DNA of 20,000 nucleotides from an uncultured virus (IMG/VR IMGVR_UViG_3300025736_000017) (Duplodnaviria; Heunggongvirae; Uroviricota; Caudoviricetes), in IMG/VR virus record IMGVR_UViG_3300025736_000017. The stretch is one strand, 5' to 3'. A model generated the notes under the pieces. The model was not told where the DNA came from, ran no database searches, and saw only the letters and a program-made list of their open reading frames with translations. The translations under genes were made by a program, and so were the position numbers. Below are positions 7,801 through 14,868 of the stretch, piece by piece (positions within the stretch are counted from its first letter, which is position 1; each line of letters opens with the position of its first letter).

Positions 7801-9175
7801 CAGTTTTAACTTGGTAAGTTGTATATTCCCAAGCACCTGGAGAAGTGTCACGATATCTGAACCTAACTTGCCCAGCAGCATGTATGCTAACAGTAGAATT
7901 AGCTGTAAATGAAGTTGATGTTGTATTTGTTGCTGCATCAGTTGCTAAGGCAACTAATTTTGAGGGAATATCCGCTGAAAAAATTTGTGTTGATCCATCG
8001 GCATCTAAGCATTGGTCATGGTAACTAAGCCCATCAATCGTAAGTATGTCACAATTCTGTCGCCCGCCGCCAGTTACATCATATGAGTCGTCATCGATGT
8101 ACCAACTACCGATGGCACTACCACTAAAAGTAGTATTACCCATAGGACCATCGCCTAATTCCCTCAAACCTAGAGCATCAGTAGTAACATTACCGGCTCC
8201 AGTTGCAGTTGCCCAATCGTCAATTGGCTGACTTAATTTAGCGAAATGGTCATGCCCAGAATAAGCAGATGACACACCATATTGTTGAAACAACGGACCC
8301 CATATAGTTTGAGCTTTAACCGCTTGAGTTCCACCGGAACTAGTTGAACCAGGCCATGCAGGATAGTGATAAGTAGCGATTATCCAACGGATAGTCTCAT
8401 CTGTAGACGCTCGTATTAACGAGTCTGTTAAGAATCCTAATTGTCCATCCCAAGTAGTGGGATTTGTATAACTACCTTGATCCCATTGCTCAATGTTGCC
8501 ACTATCTAAACCGATAATTAAAACATCGCCGATTTGAACTTTCCAGTGATATTGAGGCGTAAAGAAAGCATCAACATATTCTGGTGCGGTTCCTTCTAGT
8601 TCGTGATTGCCCAAAATAGCCATAAGGGGAACTCTAAATCCAGTTGGAGTTACCCATTCGCCACCGCTACCGTCGCCCGATATGATATCGAATATTTCTG
8701 TCCAGTGCGAAAGTGTATTACCATTATCAACAAAATCACCACTACTGATGAGAGCCAATGGTTCTTTGGACATAGCTACGGTAGAGGTTAAACGAAAATT
8801 AGCTCTATAAGTAGCATTGAGGTTTATTTGAGCATCACTACCTTGAGCGAATACTTTTTCACCAGCATAGCCAGCAGCGGGTGCAGTACGAAATTTTCTA
8901 ACAGCACCAGCATCGCTTGATACTTTAAAGTAGAAAGTTGTGTCTGCTGTCAGTCCAGTTAGTTTGGCTGTATGTATCCAACCAGCAGCGAGAGCTTCAG
9001 ATGTACTGTTAACGTTAGAAGTTAGTGTACCAGATGCAAGTCCATAATCTACTTGTACTGCTTCAGCTTGCCCGCTATCCCTCCATTTGACAATCATTTC
9101 TGTAGACGGATCGAAAGTAGCTGCCCCAGTTTGAGGCATCCACACTAACCATTGATATTCTAGCACAGAAGCCAT
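4865..9175 (-). CDS. 1436-aa multidomain protein: purple-acid-phosphatase-like metallophosphoesterase, FN3-like segments and two LamG/concanavalin-A-like domains
   Basis: Metal-binding motifs SDAQ, GDFVD, GNHE, HYP and GHDH. Two LamG_3 repeats (GxWRLGE...FNG...WYFAAIV...FNGVIDEVA[IV]W). Confidence 0.85.
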   Translation of the reverse strand: MASVLEYQWLVWMPQTGAATFDPSTEMIVKWRDSGQAEAVQVDYGLASGTLTSNVNSTSEALAAGWIHTAKLTGLTADTTFYFKVSSDAGAVRKFRTAPAAGYAGEKVFAQGSDAQINLNATYRANFRLTSTVAMSKEPLALISSGDFVDNGNTLSHWTEIFDIISGDGSGGEWVTPTGFRVPLMAILGNHELEGTAPEYVDAFFTPQYHWKVQIGDVLIIGLDSGNIEQWDQGSYTNPTTWDGQLGFLTDSLIRASTDETIRWIIATYHYPAWPGSTSSGGTQAVKAQTIWGPLFQQYGVSSAYSGHDHFAKLSQPIDDWATATGAGNVTTDALGLRELGDGPMGNTTFSGSAIGSWYIDDDSYDVTGGGRQNCDILTIDGLSYHDQCLDADGSTQIFSADIPSKLVALATDAATNTTSTSFTANSTVSIHAAGQVRFRYRDTSPGAWEYTTYQVKTAGDDQDITAAISGLTEDAYEFEVELLQGGGTLQSLTSQTATLSEYSREISGSSWEDGSGDLVYVKDGIVGCGYYQDFSEVTGESLANLKWSDNTAIWALAGDGGSMALRDSSFADNPGSNDYLWVQAPTGVDYAQALAVFNLPPGESSISDYTVTFVDSAGEAQGNDAFRMRNAIYRYEDTTHYEYAGSDWTTTADYESTVTGTESANLLGFWRLGEGAGASQVLDETANNNDSVALANMTFGTAGGISGDADTAATFNGSSSYVQIENAASAPRTEPTAMGARYYTVTCWFKRSGNGTSTGTGGGGIASFEPLVVKGCAESESPAGVNANYMLGINTVGDNKLSGDTEEMVGGLNKPVTGSTTIVDGTWYFAAIVFNGSTHKVYLNAVEDGSISATNDIDYYSGQPLVFGTSMQTNGTTRRGYFNGVIDEVAIWDKALTLTQLQTLHSIGSSGASKTGVWRICDGTRAGVAVTGAPTVSPGTLPDFKAIVDGDTPANVELYSDATQYTATVDATDVGTTATTIAVGATYDLSKTTQHEVEVGAIWVEGGFDTGIYTSSWEDAGEEVEWDTIEATASMVDGQSIDVVVHSSDDGVTSKDSILASLDDGANSLDISTLADGRYNQIIATFDRTGGVGGAADYETTLKAIESANLKGYWRLGESLGASQAIDETANNNDSVAVVGTTFGTAGAIPGDVDTAATFNGSTNYIQLENAEAALPRTGPTAMGCQQYTVTCWFNRTGTGDGDTTGNGGIASFEPIVAKGCAESESPAGINANYMLGINTVSGVKLAGDTEKLSDGVNVPVTGSTTIVDGTWYFAAIVYNGSTHKVYLNAVEDGSVAMTEDPDWYSGQPLVFGTSMQTNGTTRRGYFNGVIDEVAVWNTPLSVAQLESLYEIGEPAITSKTPTLSSIELIGTLTGNQPSGGTTTTIISETGLVVSNNTASGDTRVVAWGCTDGGGNGDGVEFFPRQLGTMPLGNI
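5150..7225. repeat. Intragenic duplication of the LamG module (~5150-5890 and ~6490-7225)
   Basis: Near-identical nucleotide blocks, for example a 62-nt exact match at 5187-5248 and 6522-6583. Confidence 0.9.
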
Positions 9176-9187
9176 TGATATTCCTTT

Positions 9188-9529
9188 TTAGTTACTGAAG
9201 AAAGTTATACTAATTGTTCCATCGACTGCTCCATCTCTTCTAAAATATAAGAAGCTAGAAGATGGAACAGGGATATTATAAACTCCATTGATTTTATAGC
9301 TGCATCCGTCTTCGGCTGGTTCTGTATTAACAGGAACTAAAAACGCATTTGTAGTTTCTACACTGACATGGGCAAAGCGAGCATTTGCTGGGACTTCTAT
9401 TGAACTCCACGTTGCTTCAGTGTCTTGTCTAGCTTTTGGCGTAGCTATTGCAGGCTGTAGTGCAGACATTAAACCTTCTTCTGTTGCCGGATTTATTGTG
9501 TCGCCATCTATATTAAATATCTGAGCCAT
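9188..9529 (-). CDS. Hypothetical beta-rich protein with an N-terminal INPATEE motif (possibly virion-associated)
   Basis: 113-aa ORF with an AAGGA RBS, directly upstream of the large LamG gene. Confidence 0.7.
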   Translation of the reverse strand: MAQIFNIDGDTINPATEEGLMSALQPAIATPKARQDTEATWSSIEVPANARFAHVSVETTNAFLVPVNTEPAEDGCSYKINGVYNIPVPSSSFLYFRRDGAVDGTISITFFSN

Positions 9530-9606
9530 TTTTTTTTCCTTATATTAAATTCAAAAGATATTACTATATTACCTTAAAAAAACTAATTTCCTCTTTTGAA
9601 TACAAA

Positions 9607-9797
9607 TTATTCTATTTCAACGGTTTTTACTTCTATTAAAGACGTTTTAGGAGAAGTAGGTTTGAGATCTTTAACGATTGCATCAACATCATGAAAAATA
9701 CAAGCATCATTATGCGGGCATGACCATTGAATTCCGCCAACGATTCTTCTGTCGCTGGATTGATTGTCTCGCCATTTTTATTAAATACAAAAGCCAT
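9607..9797 (-). pseudogene. Probable frameshifted or chimeric gene remnant
   Basis: ATG 9797 gives MAFVFNKNGETINPATEESL..., paralogous to the 9529 gene, and then drifts into unnatural sequence (stop 9636). Another frame gives ...CPHNDACIFHDVDAIVKDLKPTSPKTSLIEVKTVEIE* (stop 9607). Confidence 0.5.
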
Positions 9798-9813
9798 AAT
9801 TTTTCCTTTTTAT

Positions 9814-10080
9814 TTAGTTTCCGTCAACGTCAGTTTCAGCACCACCTAAAACAAGGTCTGCTAACGCTCTAGCATTATTAAAAGCAGTTAACATAGCACC
9901 AGCATCGTCACCTAATTCAGAAGCTACATTAGCTTTTCCTGCTAATGCTACTGATTTACGTATTTCTCTCAATGCTCTTTGTATGTCTCTTCCCATTCGT
10001 GTAAAATCTTTACGAATATCACGAGCTTCATTTGATGTTATAATTTCTGTCGTTTGTGTTGGAATTTCATGTAAAGCCAT
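9814..10080 (-). CDS. Hypothetical helical protein
   Basis: 88-aa ORF with an AGGAG RBS and an upstream class-2 promoter-like motif. Confidence 0.7.
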   Translation of the reverse strand: MALHEIPTQTTEIITSNEARDIRKDFTRMGRDIQRALREIRKSVALAGKANVASELGDDAGAMLTAFNNARALADLVLGGAETDVDGN

Positions 10081-10200
10081 TTTTTAATCTCCTAATCTAT
10101 TTATCGAAATAATTTGTAATTCTATAAAGCCTGATATTATATTGTTAAAAATAAATAATATTCCTCTATAAAGTGATAAAAAATATGGTATAATTTAAGT

Positions 10201-10605
10201 ATGAAAAAATATATACTATTATTGTTACTAATCTGCTCACCAGCACTAGCTGATACAATCCCTCACCAGTCAAAAGAGTTGATAGAGATATATACAAGAT
10301 TAGATCAGCCTATGTATAAAAATCTACAACTTGAACATACATATAAAGTATTTGATGAAATATTCATTCTACCAGATGAATTCTACGGAGAAGCAGAGCT
10401 TTATGATTTGAAATTCTATATAGATATGGATACAACGATTGGAAACGATTTTGACGCCAACTGTTATAGAATATTGTACGAAAACAGAAGACCAATAGTT
10501 GAATATCCGAAAATTATCCCAGAACCTATATCAGCGTCAATCTTCACTTTGACTTTTTTAAGCTTATTTTTGCGAAAAAGAAATGTACAAATTATTCTGG
10601 CGTAA
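10201..10605 (+). CDS. Secreted protein with a PEP-CTERM-like sorting signal
   Basis: Signal peptide MKKYILLLLLICSPALA-D. C-terminal IPEP, then a hydrophobic helix, then RKR. Confidence 0.7.
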   Translation: MKKYILLLLLICSPALADTIPHQSKELIEIYTRLDQPMYKNLQLEHTYKVFDEIFILPDEFYGEAELYDLKFYIDMDTTIGNDFDANCYRILYENRRPIVEYPKIIPEPISASIFTLTFLSLFLRKRNVQIILA

Positions 10606-10780
10606 AATTAGATAAATTATAAATATACATCTTTCTGTGACTGCTTGTATCTACCCCAACCCAATATGTAATCCCCTGAACTTCTTCCTGACCCGTAATA
10701 GCTACAGGAACTTGCTCTCTACCTACAAGATATGTCCCTTTCGATCCAACTTGAATTTGTGCTGTTTTATACCACATCAT
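10592..10780 (-). CDS. Small hypothetical protein with the MMWYKTAQ tag (SH3-like beta pattern)
   Basis: 62 aa; carries the tag; ATGA coupling to the upstream gene. Confidence 0.65.
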   Translation of the reverse strand: MMWYKTAQIQVGSKGTYLVGREQVPVAITGQEEVQGITYWVGVDTSSHRKMYIYNLSNFTPE

Positions 10781-11151
10781 TCAAAAGTGTATATTTCTAT
10801 ATCACTTCCATACTCAGATTGTAAATCTCTTACTAATTGTGGAGAAATTCCATGAAAATGCTGTCTAGTAGAAGGTTTTATGCTTACGCTTTTTTGTCCA
10901 TCTCTATTCTCATATCTGCCATGGTATCGAGTAGGAACACCAGTTCCTCCAGAATCCGTAATGCCAGCATCTAACAATTGTTTTGACAATCTTCCATGAC
11001 TCATAGATCCATTTTCAGTAAACAAACTTCCTTTATCCCAAATCCAAATCTCAGATTCATGATCGACATATTCGTGACCAACGCCATAATATATTTTATC
11101 ATGTTCTTCAGGTCCGATAATATCAGCTTGTGCTGTCTTATACCAGTTCAT
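10777..11151 (-). CDS. Tagged paralog-family protein 6
   Basis: MNWYKTAQ; YYGVGH, IWIW, GRYE, VSI and LQSEYG motifs. Confidence 0.8.
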   Translation of the reverse strand: MNWYKTAQADIIGPEEHDKIYYGVGHEYVDHESEIWIWDKGSLFTENGSMSHGRLSKQLLDAGITDSGGTGVPTRYHGRYENRDGQKSVSIKPSTRQHFHGISPQLVRDLQSEYGSDIEIYTFE

Positions 11152-11152
11152 A

Positions 11153-11527
11153 TTAATACACTCGTATGGTCATTTCTCCGAATCTTTCAGATAAGGCTTT
11201 TATAAGAGGTTTAGGAACAGGTTTAAACATCTTATCAGTAGGTCTAACAAGACTTGCTACATTAGTATTTGGATCATATCTACCTTTATAGTGACCCTCA
11301 GCAAAAGCACCTGGTAACATCTTCTCATGATTAAAAAGCCCACGATAATCCTCTTCTTCCACTACTAATTTACCGTTAATCCAAAACCATAAAACACCTA
11401 AAGCCTTATCAGTATAAGAATTATGACCTATATTTGTATAAGGTACTGGATCTTCTGAATCGTCGTCTATTATTATTTGTGCTGTTTTATACCAATTCAT
11501 GTCATTCCAATCGAAGTACCAGTTCAA
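11153..11527 (-). CDS. Tagged paralog-family protein 5 (double tag)
   Basis: MNWYFDWND-MNWYKTAQ; YTNIGH, LWFW, GRYD, ASL and LSERFG motifs. A second in-frame ATG is at 11500. Confidence 0.8.
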   Translation of the reverse strand: MNWYFDWNDMNWYKTAQIIIDDDSEDPVPYTNIGHNSYTDKALGVLWFWINGKLVVEEEDYRGLFNHEKMLPGAFAEGHYKGRYDPNTNVASLVRPTDKMFKPVPKPLIKALSERFGEMTIRVY

Positions 11528-12042
11528 TATGTCTCTCCAAATTCATTACGAAACTCAATTAGTCTTTTTAAAGACATTGGACCATTCGATCTTTCTCCAC
11601 CAGCAAAATAGGCGATTTCTATAGGAATTATTTTTAGTCCAGCTAAAAAGGCAGCACGAACTCTATGATTCCCTTCATTTATTTTTGCATCTCCATTGTA
11701 CGCTACATTTATAAAAGGCGATTGTTTTAAACCATTTTTTAAAATATCTTCGGCTAATTCTCTAACTCTAGGATTTTGTAAAGTAAGACGTAAATGTTCT
11801 CCCATTATGCCTTCAAGTTTTAACAATTCTTCGACGGGAACCATTACGTTATTAAAACGAGCAGTTACAGCACCTCCTATAAAACCTTTTTTAAAACTTT
11901 CTTCTGCACGAGATTTTTCATATTCTAACCAATTCCCACCAGGATTATCTATATTAGCAGTTTCTGTGCCAAGACGATTTTTTAAATCAGATCCTTTTAA
12001 TCTCCAAAAATCTTCTTCTTCAGATTGTTTATACCAGTTCAA
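11524..12042 (-). CDS. ParB/sulfiredoxin-like domain protein with the xNWYKQSE tag
   Basis: ParB-N pattern LAEDILKNGLKQSP...INEGNHRVRAAFLAG...IP. TTG start with an AGGAG RBS. Confidence 0.75.
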   Translation of the reverse strand: MNWYKQSEEEDFWRLKGSDLKNRLGTETANIDNPGGNWLEYEKSRAEESFKKGFIGGAVTARFNNVMVPVEELLKLEGIMGEHLRLTLQNPRVRELAEDILKNGLKQSPFINVAYNGDAKINEGNHRVRAAFLAGLKIIPIEIAYFAGGERSNGPMSLKRLIEFRNEFGETY

Positions 12043-12247
12043 GTGAATTACTCCTTTGATATTTATTGCTTATGCCAATCATGCCAAAAAATGTCGTTGC
12101 CTAAAAAGGGGGCTTCCGCGACATTTTTAATTTTAAGTTTTTCGCAATAACTTTTATTTTTCGACCCGACCCGACATAATATATTATACCAACTATTTTT
12201 TATTATTCCTTTCCCCAAAGTGATAATATCTATGATATAATACTTCC

Positions 12248-12460
12248 ATGAGAACAAAAAATAACATTAAAGTACAGTTTGCTATCGAAGTAAAAGATAC
12301 TTACTCCAACTGCGATTTCCAAATAGGTTGGCTCCCTTATCAAACAATAGAAGATCCCGCGAACCCAGGCATAGCAGCATCTAAACTTGCATTAAAGTTC
12401 GCAAAAGAAAGAGCTAAAGATGTCACCGGATACGCTATCCTTAAAATAGAAATGTATTAG
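12248..12460 (+). CDS. Hypothetical protein
   Basis: 70-aa ORF filling an otherwise empty gap, with plausible composition. Confidence 0.55.
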   Translation: MRTKNNIKVQFAIEVKDTYSNCDFQIGWLPYQTIEDPANPGIAASKLALKFAKERAKDVTGYAILKIEMY

Positions 12461-12501
12461 TCCTTAACTAAATTTTCGCAAAAAAGAAATGCCGTTCGCT
12501 T

Positions 12502-13206
12502 TCACACGTCAACCAACTTATACATCTTCATGTCTCCCCGAGAATACCAATACTGTCCCAAACCCCTTGTACTCACAGGATAACCAACAGGACACGAAGC
12601 ATTACCACGTATACTTAACCAAGTCTCATGAATAAACCTATTACTCGATCTCAATGGCTTCCTTAATGTCCTAATATAAGAAGCTTTAGCCCACCAAAAA
12701 TTACCAGAATAATGTCCGTTCCTTATCATTATCCCACATGTATTATTACCCTCATCCAACTTAACTACACACTCTCGCCAACTCCTTCCAAGAACCGCCT
12801 CTGCCATCACACGTCGCCAAATGTCACTCTTAAAGTTCTGTCTGTATGAGGCTCCCTTAGTATGACAATAATAAACATAAAATTCATCATCAGTAGCCTT
12901 ACATGTTTCCCATAATCTATTCAATGTTGGATACTCATACTGACGGAGATCAAAGCCAGCAGAAAATCTTTTTATCTTTTTGCGTTTTTTATTTAAAGAT
13001 CCGTATTTCGGCATCTCTGCCTTATGCTCAGGTCCAACCGTTACCTGTAAAAGCTGATTTGTATTACTCAATAAACCGTTACCATCTATGTAATAAACCA
13101 ATTCCTCAACTATTTCTTCCCAATGATTCATCGTAGCAATATGCATAAATCCTAAAATCTTAGGTTTACCCTTTTTAATGAGTTTAGACTTATGAACTAT
13201 TCTCAT
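12502..13206 (-). CDS. Putative glycosyltransferase-related protein (HTKG / SGNFWW family)
   Basis: Motifs YEYPTL, YCHTKGAS, WR..M and HYSGNFWWAKASYI, recalled from uncharacterised proteins of large viruses and phages near glycosylation genes. It lacks the tag. Confidence 0.6.
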   Translation of the reverse strand: MRIVHKSKLIKKGKPKILGFMHIATMNHWEEIVEELVYYIDGNGLLSNTNQLLQVTVGPEHKAEMPKYGSLNKKRKKIKRFSAGFDLRQYEYPTLNRLWETCKATDDEFYVYYCHTKGASYRQNFKSDIWRRVMAEAVLGRSWRECVVKLDEGNNTCGIMIRNGHYSGNFWWAKASYIRTLRKPLRSSNRFIHETWLSIRGNASCPVGYPVSTRGLGQYWYSRGDMKMYKLVDV

Positions 13207-13595
13207 ATGATTTGAACCATTGATTGACCCTTCATAGTGTCTTCTGATGCATATATACTAGCACCAGGGAACTCACTCATCAATCTATCAATCAGTCTAT
13301 TAGGAATATCTTTAGAAGTTAATGACATCTTACGAGATAACCAAGGCATTTGAAGGCTTACGTTGTTAGTGAAAGGATCATATCTGCCTTTGTATACTTT
13401 TGCTGAGACTTCCCAAAAGTCTCTATGACCTCCAGCATGAGGTTCAATTTCTTGTGTTTCAAAGTTTTCGCCTGATATGTTTGCTACCCAGAGAACTACT
13501 TTTTCTTTCTTTGCTTCTTCGGATAGATCCCATGGAGAATAATGCCCTATATCCGTATAATGTTTTAAAACCTCTTGTGCTAACTTGTACCACAT
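13203..13595 (-). CDS. Tagged paralog-family protein 4
   Basis: MWYKLAQ; YTDIGH, VLWV, GRYDP, VSL and IPNRLIDRLMSEFPG motifs. Confidence 0.85.
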   Translation of the reverse strand: MWYKLAQEVLKHYTDIGHYSPWDLSEEAKKEKVVLWVANISGENFETQEIEPHAGGHRDFWEVSAKVYKGRYDPFTNNVSLQMPWLSRKMSLTSKDIPNRLIDRLMSEFPGASIYASEDTMKGQSMVQII

Positions 13596-13625
13596 AAAAC
13601 CTTTTCCTTTTTTGCGTTTTTTTAG

Positions 13626-14075
13626 TTAAGCTACTGGTGTCGGAGGACTTCCATACTCAAATGCATACATAGATGAACCTGGGAACGCTCTCTCAAGCTG
13701 TTTAATTAATCTGTTAGGTATTTCATCGGAATTAACTATTCTAGTAAGATTATTAGGATCAACTGGCATGTTGATACTTACCATATTCTTGATAGGATCA
13801 TATCTTCCCTGATACATTGTTGCATTCCCAATATCGTTACCATACTCGTCAGTTGCACTAAAATCGTCATCATGAGTAGCTTCCTCATATAAATCAAATT
13901 CTTTTACTTCAAATTTACTACCTGTTATGTCAGATTGCCAAAGAGCAACCTTCCTATCGTCTTTGTCCATTTCTTCAGTATATTCACCACCATGTCCTCC
14001 ATAATAGTGACCTACGTCCGTATAGTATTCAACAGGACGATCTTTAACAGCTTGTGCCTTTTTATACCAATTCAT
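13626..14075 (-). CDS. Tagged paralog-family protein 3
   Basis: MNWYKKAQ; YTDVGH, ALWQ, GRYDP, VSI and IPNRLIKQLERAFPG motifs. Confidence 0.85.
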   Translation of the reverse strand: MNWYKKAQAVKDRPVEYYTDVGHYYGGHGGEYTEEMDKDDRKVALWQSDITGSKFEVKEFDLYEEATHDDDFSATDEYGNDIGNATMYQGRYDPIKNMVSINMPVDPNNLTRIVNSDEIPNRLIKQLERAFPGSSMYAFEYGSPPTPVA

Positions 14076-14473
14076 TACATTATCCTTATTGGAGTTCCAC
14101 CATTACCGAACCCATACATACCTGCTCCAGAGAACTCACTTATGAGTCTGTCCATTAAATTATTAGGTAATTCATTTGGATCTATTGTTTCGCCTGGTAT
14201 GCGAGTATCTAGGGGAAGAGCTATACTCACCGTATTCTGATCGTAATCATATCTGCCCCAAATACTGTTTTTCCTGTTTTGTTGTCCATGACCAAATGCT
14301 TGTGAGTGATTTTTAATTTCGTCATTCACTTCTTGAGTACGGAAATTATTACCAGATCTATCAGATATCCAAAGAACTATTCTTTTATCACTGTAATCAT
14401 CGTAATCATCATAATGACCTACATCAAAATAAGTTCCAGGTGCTTCTTCTTGGGATTTCTTATACCAGTTCAT
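14075..14473 (-). CDS. Tagged paralog-family protein 2
   Basis: MNWYKKSQ; YFDVGH, VLWI, GRYD, VSI and LPNNLMDRLISEFSG motifs. Confidence 0.85.
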   Translation of the reverse strand: MNWYKKSQEEAPGTYFDVGHYDDYDDYSDKRIVLWISDRSGNNFRTQEVNDEIKNHSQAFGHGQQNRKNSIWGRYDYDQNTVSIALPLDTRIPGETIDPNELPNNLMDRLISEFSGAGMYGFGNGGTPIRIM

Positions 14474-14868
14474 ATTATCTGAGTCATCTCTGTCCCGCCC
14501 ATGAAATTAAACGCATATATACTTGATCCTGGAAATTCGCTTACTAATCTACTCACTAGTCTATTAGGTATTTTGTCTACATCTATCGATTTATATTGGA
14601 TGTTAGGGTCAAGGGGTAGTGTTATACTTACGGCATTTTTAAACGGATCATGTCTACCATAAAAGTTTTGTGTAGGAGTTAGATCAAAAGCTCTTTCATG
14701 TATAAAATCACTGCCTGGAACCGACAGTTTCATTCTGAAATTACCACCAGTTAAATCTGAAATCCAAAGAGTAATAAATTTTCCTTTTGTGTCTTCAGTG
14801 GTATTCCTGTGACCAATATCTAAATATTCTTCAATTTCTGTTTGCTGTGATTTTTTATACCAATTCAT
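14470..14868 (-). CDS. Tagged paralog-family protein 1
   Basis: The start is inferred at ATG 14868 (MNWYKKSQ) rather than 14937. YLDIGH, TLWI, GRHDP, VSI and IPNRLVSRLVSEFPG motifs. Confidence 0.85.
   Translation of the reverse strand: MNWYKKSQQTEIEEYLDIGHRNTTEDTKGKFITLWISDLTGGNFRMKLSVPGSDFIHERAFDLTPTQNFYGRHDPFKNAVSITLPLDPNIQYKSIDVDKIPNRLVSRLVSEFPGSSIYAFNFMGGTEMTQII

Noticed and set aside
1347..9872. Plus-strand ORFs in the track (e.g. 1761-2378, 5801-6364, 8046-8810, 9678-9872)
   Set aside because: They are antisense shadows of well-supported minus-strand genes, with no recognisable motifs.
12063..12257. 64-aa ORF ending in DWHKQ as another tagged gene
   Set aside because: It spans a divergent promoter region, and the tag-like sequence is at the C-terminus. 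It is probably spurious.
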